Below are positions 1 through 11,344 of a stretch of DNA of 64,000 nt, one piece after another; positions within the stretch are counted from its first letter, which is position 1; every line of letters starts with the position of its first letter. Origin of the DNA: Octopus vulgaris (Eukaryota); the NCBI GenBank assembly GCA_951406725.2, contig OX597831.1, forward strand, positions 48,608,001 through 48,672,000. The letters run 5' to 3'. The notes below the pieces were generated by a model that was not told the DNA's origin, made no database searches, and worked only from the letters and a program-made list of their open reading frames with translations. Both the position numbers and the translations under genes were made by a program.

Positions 1-564
1 CCTCTTCCTCCTCTTTCCTCTCCCTCCTTCCTCTCCACCCTCCTCTTCCTCATCATCACAATGCTTATAATGGCAACATGGAGTGTTCTAACGTTATATT
101 AGCAGAGGTAGATCTAATGAGATGGTTTTTATGGAGGCGATGGTTCTGTTGCGACGGTAGCGATACCGATAATGGTCACGTTGACAGTATTGGTGATTAC
201 GATGATGATGATGCTGGTGTTGGTCATTAAAGGGTTGGTTGTGGCAGTAGCAGTGATATTGGCATGGTGTTGTTGGTGGCGGGGATGTTGGTAGTGTTGT
301 TAATGGTGGTGGTGATAGTAGCATCGAGGTTGATGGTGGTGGTGGTGGTTATGTGGGTAGTTTTAATGGTAGTGGCGAGGTCGGCGGTGGAGATGATGGC
401 GATATGGGGTTCTGATGGTATTTGAGGTCAGAGTAAGTGATTCTGGTATTGACAATTGTGATGGAATTGATGGAGATAATGACATTGATGTTGATGATGC
501 CGGCATCACTACCGCAAAGCAGTGTCACTTAGAATTCATTATTTGTTTCTATCCAAAAATAATA

Positions 565-783
565 GCTGGTTACAAATTTTGGCACAAGTCCAGCAATTTC
601 AGGGAAGAAGTAAGTTGATTACATCAACCCCCAATATACAACTGGTACTTATTTTATCGACCCAGAAAGGGTGAACAACAAAGTCGGCCTTGGTGAAATT
701 TGAACTCAAAACATGAAGATGGATGAAATGCTACTAAGCTTTTTTGTTCAACTCGCTAACGATTCTGCCAGTTCGCCACCTTA
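565..783 (-). mobile_element. SINE family A (tRNA-derived head GGCGGCGAGCTGGCAGAATCGTTAGC; body GTCGACTTTGCCTTTCATCCTTTCGGGGTCGATAAATTAAGTACCAG)
   Basis: More than 15 dispersed copies in the window, with A/B-box-like motifs (GAGTTCAAATTC) and an (ATT)n tail. Confidence 0.8.
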
Positions 784-935
784 AAAACAACAACGACAAC
801 AATGATGATGATGATAATGATGATGAAGATGATGATTGTGGTGGTGGTGGTGGTGGTGGTAGTGGTGATGATGATGATGATGATGATGGTGGTGATGGTG
901 ATGGTAGTGATGATGATGATGATGAGGTGGAGGAG

Positions 936-1140
936 GAGGTCAAAAAGATTGCAATAAATATAAAGATAGAACACCTACAAAAATCATCATTCTCTCGAAC
1001 AACACTATGTACAAAACCAAATATATGGTACCCTAAGCCGACATGAACTTCTAATTTGTTGTCTCTTGAGGTCTCTAGGTGAGACTTGGAGCCAACTTGT
1101 ACAAATGCAAAGCAAAAGTCAAGCATAAGATAATAATAAA
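936..1140 (+). mobile_element. Short R4/Dong-like non-LTR 3' remnant
   Basis: KKIAINIKIEHLQKSSFSRTT resembles the terminal I..LQK.ALLGT motif. A 3'UTR-like segment follows and ends in (TAA)n. Confidence 0.45.
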
Positions 1141-1595
1141 AAGAAAAAATTGGTACAACCACAAACCTGAAAGCATTATCGAAAATGATGATGCAAAGAT
1201 CCAGTGGGATTTTATGATTCAGTGCAACCATGAGATAGAGAATAGGAAGCCAGACATAGTGTTAATTGAGAAAGAAACCGAACTATGCTGGATCATAGAT
1301 ATAGCATGCCCAGTTGACAACAAGGTATGCGATAAGGAAGAAAGAAAAGTTGATAGGTATGACAGGTTAGCTTGAAATGTAAAGCAGTTGTGATCGATGG
1401 AAAAGGTGGTCATGGTACCAATAATTGTTGGAGCCCTGGGAACAGTGAGTAAAAATCTCAAGAAGTCCAGTCAAATACTCTGGAAGGTGCTAAAACAATA
1501 AGAGGTGTTACCTTAGTTCACTGGTAGTGAACAGCTGACACCATAGTACATCTCCAGCATTAGAAGCTGTGCAAATGCAATAATAATAATAATGA
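1141..1595 (+). mobile_element. R4/Dong-clade non-LTR retrotransposon 3' fragment (restriction-like endonuclease domain, pseudogenised)
   Basis: WYNHKPESIIENDDAKIQWDF..Q.NHEIENRKPDIVLIEK....IIDIACP.D....KE..K...Y..LA, then VPIIVGALGTV. This is the PD-(D/E)xK REL domain with stops and an internal deletion. It ends in (TAA)n. Confidence 0.85.
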
Positions 1596-2100
1596 TTTCA
1601 AATTTTGCCACAGGCAGCCATTCTCTGGGAGGGGATAAGTTGATTGAACTGGTACAGTGTTGAACTGGTACTTAATTTATCAACCCCGAAAAGATGAAAG
1701 GCAAAGTCGACCTCGGTAGACTTTGAACTGAGAATGTAGCATTGGGCAAAGTACCACTAAGCATTTTGCCCGGCTTGCGAACAATTCTACCAGCTCACCA
1801 TATACTAATACACCATACTAATATACTAATACACCATACTAATATACTAATACACCATAATACTAATACACCATAATACTAATAATAATAATCCTTTCTG
1901 TTATAAGCACAAGGCCTGAAATTTGGGGAAGGTGATAGTCAATTACCTCAACCTCAGAACTCCATTGATAGTTAACTTATTGACCCTGAAAGATGAAAGG
2001 TAAAGTTGACCTTGGCAGAATTTGAACTCAGAATGTAGTGATGGCAAAATACCACCAAGCACTTCGTCCAGCATGCTAACGATTCTTCCAGCTCACCACC

Positions 2101-2103
<3 letters not shown>
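1594..2103 (-). mobile_element. Two tandem SINE family A copies (1594-1800, 1890-2103)
   Basis: Similar to other family A copies. They are separated by a CACCATACTAATA minisatellite. Confidence 0.8.
1795..1885. repeat. Minisatellite of ATACTAATACACCAT-type units
   Basis: About five imperfect tandem copies derived from the SINE end/flank junction. Confidence 0.8.
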
Positions 2104-2137
<34 letters not shown>

Positions 2138-2304
2138 CAGCAACAACAACAACAACAACAATAATAATAATAGACAATAATAATAATAGATAATGTTTCA
2201 TTGGTTGAACGATATTTCAATAGCTAGTCTGTCTTTGTCGAGTTTGTGCTCTTTGTATTGTCCATTTACCTTTGGGAAGAGTTACAACAATCTTTTTCAA
2301 CTCA

Positions 2305-2730
2305 TTTACTTGTTTCAGTCATTGGACTGTGGCCATGCTGGGGCACCGTCTTTAGTCGAGCAAATCGACCCCAGCACTTATTCTTTGTAAGCCTAGTACT
2401 TATTCTATCGGACTCTTTTTGCCAAACTGCTAAGTTCCAGGGATGTAAACACACTAGCATCGGTTGTCATGTGATGTTGGGGGGGACAAACACAGACACA
2501 CAAACATATACACACACATACATACATATATATATATATATGTATATATATACACACATATATACGACGGGCTTCTTTGAGTTTCTGTCTACCAAATCCA
2601 CTCACAAGGTTTTGGTTGGCCCAAGGCTATAGTAGAAGAGATTGGCCCAAGGTGCCACGCAGTGGGAATGAACCCAGAACCATGTGGTTGGTAAGCAAGC
2701 TACTTACCTCAAAGCCACTCCTGCACCTAT
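2305..2730 (-). mobile_element. SINE family B (AGGCGCAGGAGTGGCTGTGTGGTAAG... internal (TA/TG)n ...GACTGAAACAAGTAAAAGAG)
   Basis: Full-length copy of the most conserved SINE in the window, with a tRNA-like head and B-box GGGTTCAGTCCC. Confidence 0.85.
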
Positions 2731-2745
2731 AATAATAATAATAAT

Positions 2746-2797
<52 letters not shown>

Positions 2798-2806
2798 GTA
2801 ATGATA

Positions 2807-2977
2807 ATCCTTTCTATTATTGGCACAAGGTCTGAAATTTAGGGGGAGAGGTTAAGTCGATTATATCGACCTCAGTACTCAGCTGGTACTTAATTTATCA
2901 ACCCTGTAACGATGAAAAGCAAAGCAAAGCTCAGCAGAATTTGAACTCAGAACATAAAACCAGAAAAAATGCCACTA
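2807..2977 (-). mobile_element. SINE family A, 5'-truncated
   Basis: Family A body inside (TAA)n. Confidence 0.75.
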
Positions 2978-2978
2978 A

Positions 2979-3230
2979 CTGGGAACAGTTAGGAAAAGGT
3001 TGGATGAATGTCTTAAGAGGCTAGGAATTACCATCAGAATTGGACTGTAGCAAAAACAGCTTTGTTAGGAACAACAAGGATTCATAGGAAGGTGTTACAA
3101 AGTTGAAGAAGGAATGGCTCATAGGACGTTTGGCCATTTGATATGGCTTGCTCTTTTGGTATAGTTCTGGTATAACATCTACCAGAGCATAAGCAGCAAT
3201 TAGAACAATAACAAAAATAATAATAATAAT
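2979..3230 (+). mobile_element. R4/Dong-clade non-LTR extreme 3' fragment
   Basis: Translates approximately to LGTVRKRLDECLKRLGITIRIGL*QKTALLGTTRIHRKVL* (with a small frameshift), the typical C-terminus. A short UTR and (TAA)n follow. Confidence 0.75.
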
Positions 3231-3341
3231 GGTTTCAAATTTTGGCATAAGGCCACCAAGTTCAGGGTTGACTCCCAGGATTCAACAGGTGCTCATTTCA
3301 TCAACCCCAAAAGAATAATAATAACAATAATAATGATGATG

Positions 3342-3371
<30 letters not shown>

Positions 3372-3373
<2 letters not shown>

Positions 3374-3589
3374 CTCTTCTACTAAAGTCACAAGGCCTGA
3401 AATTTTGCGGGAGGAGGTAAGTCAATAACATCGACCCCAGTGTTTGACTGGTACTTTTTTTCATTGACCCTGAAAGGATTAAAGACAAAGATGACCTCAG
3501 CGGAATTTGAACGCTGAACATGAAGACTGACGAAATACTGCTTAGCATTTCACCTGGCATGCTAATGATTCTTCCAGCACACCACCTTA
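3372..3589 (-). mobile_element. SINE family A
   Basis: Family A head and body flanked by (TAA)n. Confidence 0.8.
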
Positions 3590-3764
3590 ATGATAATAAT
3601 AATAATAATAATAATAGTAACAAAATAAATAATAATAATGATGATGATGATGATTATCCAAGTATCAAATCTTATAGTTTGCAGAAAGAGAAGACAACAT
3701 AGAATCAACATAGAATCAAATAAGACTGAGAGCTCTGAGAAATAATATACTAATGATGATGATG

Positions 3765-3822
<58 letters not shown>

Positions 3823-3946
3823 CAACAACAATAATAAATACCCTGATGCAGTACCAGACAGTGATTCTCATGGCTTCTGATCTTAAATTATTGTAAGTAT
3901 TATCATGAATCAAGTAAGACTGAGAGCTCTGAGAAGTAAAATAATA

Positions 3947-4017
<71 letters not shown>

Positions 4018-4021
4018 TAAA

Positions 4022-4570
4022 TACAGTACCAGACACTGGCTCTCATGGCTTCTGATCTTAACTTATTGGAAGTGTCATCATGTACATTGTTTTGTCTTGG
4101 TATAAAAGATGGGCTACAACAAATATTGTGCTCAATACCACAGATTTGCTTGTCAGTTGTTTGACCTTAACCAGTTGAGCATGTCCCTTAGTGGCTGACG
4201 ATATGTGCATCTCTGATCACAAGCAGAAGTAGTGGGGGAGCATCATAGCCATGTGTTGTAAGGAATTCTTTGGGGTTTGAATAATTCACCTCTGGAAACA
4301 TGGCTGTTTCATTCAACATCCTTAAACAACCTTTATTCAGGGACCTTTTGAGTGGGGTAGGTTACTCAACCAGAAGAAAATTCTAACTGGGCCCTATCTG
4401 CGAGGTCATGCATTGTATATCTTGATATGAGATCATAATGTTGTGCACATATGGTTGTGATGCGTATGCCTAGTGTACCCTTATCAGATGGGTAGTCATA
4501 ATGGGTATACTGGGCTTCGTATATTTTACCCCAGTGTCACTTTAATGGCATGCACTGCTCTCTCACTCAA
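4022..4570 (+). mobile_element. Dispersed repeat family D (~550 bp, non-coding, (AAT)n-flanked)
   Basis: Reverse-orientation copies at ~27160-27600 and ~31720-32190, plus a partial copy at 3841-3907. Confidence 0.75.
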
Positions 4571-4585
4571 TAATAATAAGGAAAA

Positions 4586-4616
<31 letters not shown>

Positions 4617-4629
4617 AAGAAAAAGAAGA

Positions 4630-4880
4630 ACCATTTAACGTCCAGTCTGATTTGGCATAGTTTCTCTGCTGAATGCCCTTCTAAACACCAACCACTTTGC
4701 AAAGTGTGCTGGGTACTTTTATGTGATACCACACAGGTGTTTTTAAATGGCACTGCATAGGCACTTTTACGTGGTACCACATAAGTGCTTTTAGGTGCTT
4801 TTACATGGCACCGAACAGGCACTTTTATGTGATGTCACACAGACAATTTTACATGGTATTGCACAGACACTTTTATATGG
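4630..4880 (-). mobile_element. RTE-3'-related repeat (family C variant) with internal ~22-bp tandem units GGCACTTTTACATGGTACCACA
   Basis: Similar to 51980-52265, and its end resembles the RTE 3'UTR at 31250-31718. Confidence 0.6.
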
Positions 4881-4889
4881 TAATAATAA

Positions 4890-5089
4890 TCATTTCTACA
4901 AAGAGACATGGCCCGAAATTTGGTGAGATTAATCGACCCCTGTACGCAACTGGTACTTGATTTATTGATCTCGAAAGGATGAAAGACAAAGTCGACCTTG
5001 AAACTGAATTTGAACTCAGAACGTAAAGACAGATGAAATACCACTAAGCATTTTGCTCAGCATGCTAATGATTCTGCCAGCTCGCTGCC
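4890..5089 (-). mobile_element. SINE family A
   Basis: Similar to other copies. Confidence 0.8.
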
Positions 5090-5545
5090 TCTTTATGTGG
5101 CAATAATAATAATAATAACAAGAATAATAAATTGTGGCAGCTTCCATCACTACAAGTATATGGGACATTGGAATTTTGCTTTGGTTGAGATTTCTCTTCT
5201 TGCAGTTAATAAGAAGTGTGATTGTTTGTTTTGTGATTGTTGTAGTTGTTCAGCCTAATGACAGGTATGATCAAACAGAAGTATTGCCAGTCCCTTTTGA
5301 AACCCTAAATCTCTTAAATCATACATACAAGCCCTGTACTGGGGCTCATAATGTATATATGCATAACGGCTAACCAACTAAAAGTGCAGCATCTGGGAAT
5401 TCGAAAGGAGGTAGCACTAGACGGATATGGTGTTTTCACACCTTTTATCATAAGAGAGAATTTTTTCTCCATGGTAACCGAAGTGAATTTGCCTTCAGAA
5501 GTTGAGATATGTGCCAAACATATTTTAACTAACCTAAAGCTTGCT

Positions 5546-5591
<46 letters not shown>

Positions 5592-5764
5592 CACGCACAC
5601 ACATATATGTTTGTTTTTATATATATATATATTATATTATATCATATTATATATATATTTATATATATATGTGTAACATGTGCACACACACACACAATGT
5701 ATGTATACATAAATACATAATATATATATTTATATATATACACACATGTACATGTATATGCACA

Positions 5765-6240
5765 TCATCATCATCATCATCATTTAATGTCTGCTTTCCA
5801 TGCCGGCATGGGTTGGACAGTTTAACTGAGGACTGGCAAGCCAGTATGTTGTACCAAGCTTCAATCTGATCTGGCAAGGTTTCTACGGCTGGATGCTCTT
5901 CCTAACGTCAACCACTCTGAGAGTGTAGTGGGTGCTTTTTACATGCTACCAGCACAGGAGCCAGACAGGGGGCACTGGCATAGACCCACACTTGAATGGT
6001 GCTTATTACATGCCACCAGCAAGGATACCAGTCAGGCAGGACTGGCTATGACCATGATTTTAATTTCACTTAACTCAACAGGTCTTCTCAAGCACATCAT
6101 ATTACCTGATGTTTAAATAAGTTGGCTATGCAACGCTAGCATCGGACATGGCTGCAGTCTCACTTTACTTGCCAGGTCTTCTCATTCACAGCATATCTCT
6201 TGCCATTGCCACTTTGAGGCCCAACGTTCGAAGGTCATGT
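5765..6240 (-). mobile_element. RTE LINE 3' fragment (family C)
   Basis: Reverse complement of the 3' part of the RTE at 30655-31718, with a (GAT)n tail. Confidence 0.8.
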
Positions 6241-6636
6241 TTATGATATGTATATGTATGTCTACAGAGGCATAATTTGCTTTTAATAATGGAACTCAAA
6301 TTAAATAAAGCTATGAATACTAGTGTGTAAATATTGGGTGAAAACCCTTTCATTAGAAAAAGTTGAAGTTTGCCTTCTACTTTTTTGATTCAAAGAATTT
6401 TTGACCAATTATGTACATGCTATTATTTTAAACATTATCTACATCATATTTGACTGTTAAAAACAAACTGTTTTATATCTCACAAAGTTTCAAAATTTTT
6501 AGGATGAAAACAATATATAAATATATAAATGTGTGCATATATATATATATAAATTATTTACATGATTTTCAAAATGGAATTTCAAAATGTAACTGCATGT
6601 GAATCATTGGCAATTTTCTTCCTCCATCTTCCCTTC

Positions 6637-6897
6637 TATTGGACTTTCATCTGTTTCCAAAGAAGAGCATCTGCTCAAAACAATAAACCATCTTTCTTTT
6701 CTTCCTTGAACGTCTGCTTATACTTTACATATACCATGTCCTCGCGATGTTGATTTTTGTGTTCTTCTTTTTTGGATTTACTAGATATATATATCATATA
6801 TATTATATATATATGTATGCATGCATACATGCATGCATACATACATACATACATACATACATACATACATACATACATACATACATACATACATACA

Positions 6898-6928
<31 letters not shown>

Positions 6929-7485
6929 TAAGCTGTCAAGAAAGTTCTTGTGGAATTTTTAATTTGGGTTATAAATGATGTATTTTCAAATTAATTTTCG
7001 TTAAATTACTTTGACTTTATATATCATTTTAAGGCCCATTTTTCGCTCTATCTAATCGTGTTATTCTTTGTCTTTTTGAATAATTGGGCCATTTTTTCTG
7101 GGACGTTGAATGCAACATGGACTAAAAGCAAATTTACACAATTTTTTTTTTTATTCCAGTTCAAGCTAGTCAGAAAACCTGCCAAAACAGCTCGTGATAT
7201 CAACGATGTGTTTGGCTCAGGAACCACTAATGAATGTATAGCACAATGGTGGTTCAAGAAATTTCATAGCAGTGACAAAATTTGCTTTTTGTACATGTTG
7301 CATTCAATGTCCCAGAAAAAAATGGCCCAATTATTCAAAAAGACAAAGAATAACACGATTAGATAGAGCGAAAAATGGGCCTTAAAATGATATATAAAGT
7401 CAAAGTAATTTAACGAAAATTAATTTGAAAATACATCATTTATAACCCAAATTAAAAATTCCACAAGAACTTTCTTGACAGCTTA

Positions 7486-7516
<31 letters not shown>

Positions 7517-7739
7517 TGTATGTATGTATGTATGTATGTATGCATGCATGCATACATTCATATATATAATATATATGATATATATATATATCTAGTAAAT
7601 CCAAAAAAGAAGAACACAAAAAACAACATTGCAAGGACATGGTATATGTAAAGTATTAGCAGACGTTCAGGGAAGAAAAGAGAGATAGTTTATTGTTTTG
7701 AGCAGATGCTCTTCTTTGGAAACAGATGAAAGTCCAATA
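6637..7739. repeat. ~1.1 kb palindrome: inverted arms 6637-7135 and 7278-7739 around a ~140-bp spacer
   Basis: The arms are near-exact reverse complements, including the internal (TACA)n tract. Confidence 0.95.
6928..7486 (+). mobile_element. Mariner derivative with two copies of the 5' end; transposase N-terminus in the spacer
   Basis: TA-flanked TIR TTAAGCTGTCAAGAAAGTTCTTG at both ends. 7117-7276 encodes (frameshifted) MD*KQIYTIF.FLFQFKLVRKPAKTARDINDVFGSGTTNECIAQWWFKKF, which resembles the Hsmar1/SETMAR HTH (IFLFEFKMGRKAAETTRNINNAFGPGTANERTVQWWFKKF). Confidence 0.9.
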
Positions 7740-7952
7740 TGTTAAATTTAAATTTAAGGAATTAAGGTTTAGAAAGTAGGCGTTAAATGCAGTATCTAAA
7801 CCTTGTTTCAGAGTAAGTTCTAGATAGTGTGTTTGCAGAGTATCTTCACCATTTATGGCTATCAGGCATCATAAGCAATACTTTGCATCCATCGTTGTAG
7901 GGTGTACATAGGGTATAATTTAAAGATTAATGGAGAATCATTTACATATATT

Positions 7953-8023
<71 letters not shown>

Positions 8024-8219
8024 ACACACACACATAAATTTAAGTCACAATATATGGATTGAGGTAACCCAGTTGTACTCATAAAAAAAAAGCTCCTTAA
8101 TGTATCATTCTACAAAACAGAGAATATATAGTACAATATTAGAGAAAATGAAAAAGAGTGTATAAAGTCATAAATGACAGAAATATTTTGAGGAAATTTT
8201 ATTTAGCAATAAGAAAATT

Positions 8220-8730
8220 GTAATATCATAAAAATTGCTTTGTAACTTAAAATCCTATAAATAATTTATATTATTGCAAGCTAGCAGAATTGTTAGCCCC
8301 CTGGGCGAAATGCTTAGCAGCATTTTATGTTCTAAGTTGAAATTTCGCCATGGTCGAATTTGCCTTTCATCCATTAAGTACCACCTGCATACTGGAGTAG
8401 ATGTGATCGATTTACCTCCTCCCACCAAATTTGAGGCCTTGTGCCTATAGTAGAAAGGATTATTATATTTAATAATAAATTAATTACTTCCATACCTGCA
8501 TTATTGCAAAATGCAAAAAAATCCTTCAGAATAATACAAAATTTAAGCTATGTTCTCAGCTGAAAGACAGCCTTTCTTTCACCTGAACACGTAGCTTAAT
8601 TTCTGAGTTATTTTGAAAGATTTTTTGCATTTTACATTAATGCAGGCATCTAAGTAATTTATTATTAAATATAATAATATCAATTATTGACATGTTCTTA
8701 AGTTACAAAACAATTTGTCATGATATTAGA
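8220..8730. repeat. AT-rich imperfect palindrome centred at ~8572, with the left arm interrupted by a SINE A (8278-8461, +)
   Basis: TATTATATTTAATAATAAATT...CCTGCATTA pairs with TAATGCAGG...AATTTATTATTAAATATAATA. Pairing resumes beyond the SINE. Confidence 0.8.
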
Positions 8731-8987
8731 ATATGGTTTTTGTTTAAAAAATTCATCAAACTCTTTCTCTGTAATTTATAACTTTGTCTATATATATCTC
8801 TCTCTCTCCCTCTCCTTCTCCCTCTCTCTCTATATATATATTTATTACATTCAATTGATAGACGTTACAAAGCAACTCAAGGACTGAGTGTTTCATGTAT
8901 AGCTCTTGATAAGTGCTATGCATGGCATATATATATATACGTATATGTGCGTGTGTGTGTGTATACATACATACATACATACATACA

Positions 8988-9039
<52 letters not shown>

Positions 9040-9220
9040 AAATTTCTTTCCATAATGAGATAAAAAACCAAGGCTGTGTAGATTTAGAACATTTATAAAT
9101 AGGTCTTACAGCTGTTTCTAGGATATTTATTATATCCCTTCATCGGAGACGGTGTGAGAAGATGGTTAAGCAATAGTTCACAGCCCTGGTTTTTATCTCA
9201 TTGCATAAAAAATTTTTTTA
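9040..9220. mobile_element. Small inverted-repeat element containing a hammerhead-like motif (Penelope-derived?)
   Basis: Arms AATGAGATAAAAAACCAAGGCTGTG and CACAGCCCTGGTTTTTATCTCATT, in a (TA)n context. Confidence 0.6.
9103..9150 (-). ncRNA. Minimal type I hammerhead ribozyme-like motif
   Basis: GUCU-CCGAUGA-A-GGGAUAU(AAUAA)AUAUCCU-A-GAAA-CAGCUG-UA-AGAC. Helix I has 4 bp and helix II 7 bp, helix III is palindromic, and the core has a U4C change. Confidence 0.6.
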
Positions 9221-9347
9221 TATATACACACTGATATATGACCTAAGTTGGACCCCTTATTCGCATAATCACCAAACCTGGAACTTAACTATGGTCTATC
9301 CATATCACTTACACCTTTGGGTCTCACTGACACAATTACCCCTCATA

Positions 9348-9397
<50 letters not shown>

Positions 9398-9769
9398 ATA
9401 TATATATATATAAAATCATTGATTAGAGAATAAGCTTCAAATTCGGCCCAATAGCTCTCTATAACCCCACACTTCTATATATTTCATCGTATACAAATTA
9501 TACAATGGCTTTCAACATATTAAAATAATACATATGTAAACGCCAAAGGTAAAATATATATATATGCACATATAAAAAATACAATGCAATTCTGTATAAA
9601 GAATGACCTGTCCAGAAAAATGTATATAAAAATTGACTAAAGTAGGCGATTAAAAAGAATTATTAAAACATATCAATAGACTAAAATATTTACCCATCGA
9701 TTAAAAATATATCAAAATAGTCAGTTCTTGGTGAACTACTTGAATGTGAAATTCCTAGAGAGTTCTGTT

Positions 9770-9853
9770 CATCCTGATGAAGGGGTGATTTCTGGGATGC
9801 GCTTTAACTTGCAATTGGACTGCAGCAATGAACTCCCAAAATGGCCATAGGTG
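9770..9853 (+). ncRNA. Degenerate hammerhead-like motif
   Basis: CAUC-CUGAUGA-A-GGGGU...ACUCC-C-AAAA-UGGCCA-UA-GGUG. The change from GAAA to AAAA is consistent with CpG decay, and helix III is palindromic. Confidence 0.5.
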
Positions 9854-10084
9854 TGGATTTTGACTTACCCTTATTTGGATCTCTTTTACGCTCCTTGGAT
9901 ACCGGACCTACCATGGATTGCTTCATTTTTAAGAACTGACTATTATTTACAATTGATTTGTAAATTTTTTAGTTGATTGATATGTTTTAATAATTCTTTT
10001 TAATCACCTACTTAAGTCGATTTTTATATACATTTTTTACAAACAGGTCCTGTATATCTTTGTATTTTTTTATATGTGCATATA

Positions 10085-10499
10085 CTCTTTTACTCTTTAC
10101 TCTTTTACTTGTTTCAGTCATTTGACTGCGGCCATGCTGGAGCACCGCCTTTAATCGAGCAACTCAACCCCAGGACTTATTCTTTGTAAGCCCAGTACTT
10201 ATTCTATTGGTCTCTTTTGCCGAACCGCTAAGTAACGTGGACATAAACACACCAGCATCGGTTGTCAAGCAATGCTAGGGGACAAACACAGACACACAAA
10301 CACACACACGCATATATATATATATACATATATACGACGGGCTTCTTTCAGTTTCCGTCTACCAAATCCACTCACAAGGCTTTGGTCGGCCCGAGGCTAT
10401 AGTAGAAGACACTTGCCCAAGGTGCCATGCAGTGGGACTGAACCTGGAACCATGTGGTTGGTAGACAAGCTACTTACCACACAGCCACTCCTGCGCCTA
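10085..10499 (-). mobile_element. SINE family B, full length, young
   Basis: Very similar to the copies at 10858-11283 and 21717-22137. Confidence 0.9.
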
Positions 10500-10788
10500 T
10501 ATATTTTTCATCTTTGGCATTTATATATGTATTTCTTTCATATGTCGAAGGATATGGTATTATTTGTATATGATGAAATGTATAGAAGTATGGGGTTATA
10601 TAAAGTTGTTGGCCCGAGTTTGACATTTGTTCTCTAATCAATGATTTTTGTCTCTATCTCACTTGAGTACTTCTTTTTTGCAACCCTATATAACTTCTTT
10701 GTATCCATAGAAAGAAACGAAAATTATTTCTTGTCACACACACACATATATATGCACATAGTGCATATATATGTATATATATGTGTGT

Positions 10789-10857
<69 letters not shown>

Positions 10858-10861
<4 letters not shown>

Positions 10862-11283
10862 CGCAGGAGTGGCTGTGTGGTAAGTAGCTTGCTAACCAAC
10901 CACATGGTTCCGGGTTCAGTCCCACTGTGTGGCATCTTGGGCAAGTGTCTTCTGCTATAGCCCCGGGCCGACCAAAGCCTTGTGAGTGGATTTGGTAGAC
11001 GGAAACTGAAAGAAGCCTGTCGTATATATGTATATATATATATATGTGTGTATGTGTGTGAGTGTTTGTGTATGTGTGTTTGTCCTCCTAGCATTGCTTG
11101 ACAACCGATGCTGGTGTGTTTACGTCCCTGTCACTTAGCGGTTCAGCAAAAAGAGACCAATAGAATAAGTACTGGGCTTACAAAGAATAAGTCTCGGGGT
11201 CGATTTGCTCGACTAAAGGTGGTGCTCCAGCATGGCTGCAGTCAAATGACTGAAACAAGTAAAAGAGTAAAAGAGTAAAGAGT
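10858..11283 (+). mobile_element. SINE family B, full length, young
   Basis: tRNA-like head, internal microsatellite and (GTAAAAGA)n tail. Confidence 0.9.
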
Positions 11284-11295
11284 ATATGTATGTAT

Positions 11296-11344
<49 letters not shown>

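Larger units (their letters stand above)
9412..10648. mobile_element. Fold-back element (arms 9412-9730 / 9930-10648) with a degenerate hammerhead in the loop; right arm interrupted by SINE B
   Basis: AAAATCATTGATTAGAGAA at the left end pairs with TTCTCTAATCAATGATTTT at the right end. The inverted arrangement is typical of Penelope-like element pLTRs. Confidence 0.7.

Noticed and set aside
744-1046. Asp/Gly-rich 100-aa ORF
   Set aside because: GAT/GGT microsatellites joined to SINE and LINE remnants.
7058-7366. SETMAR-like host gene
   Set aside because: Only a frameshifted mariner HTH fragment inside TIRs, with no SET or catalytic domain.
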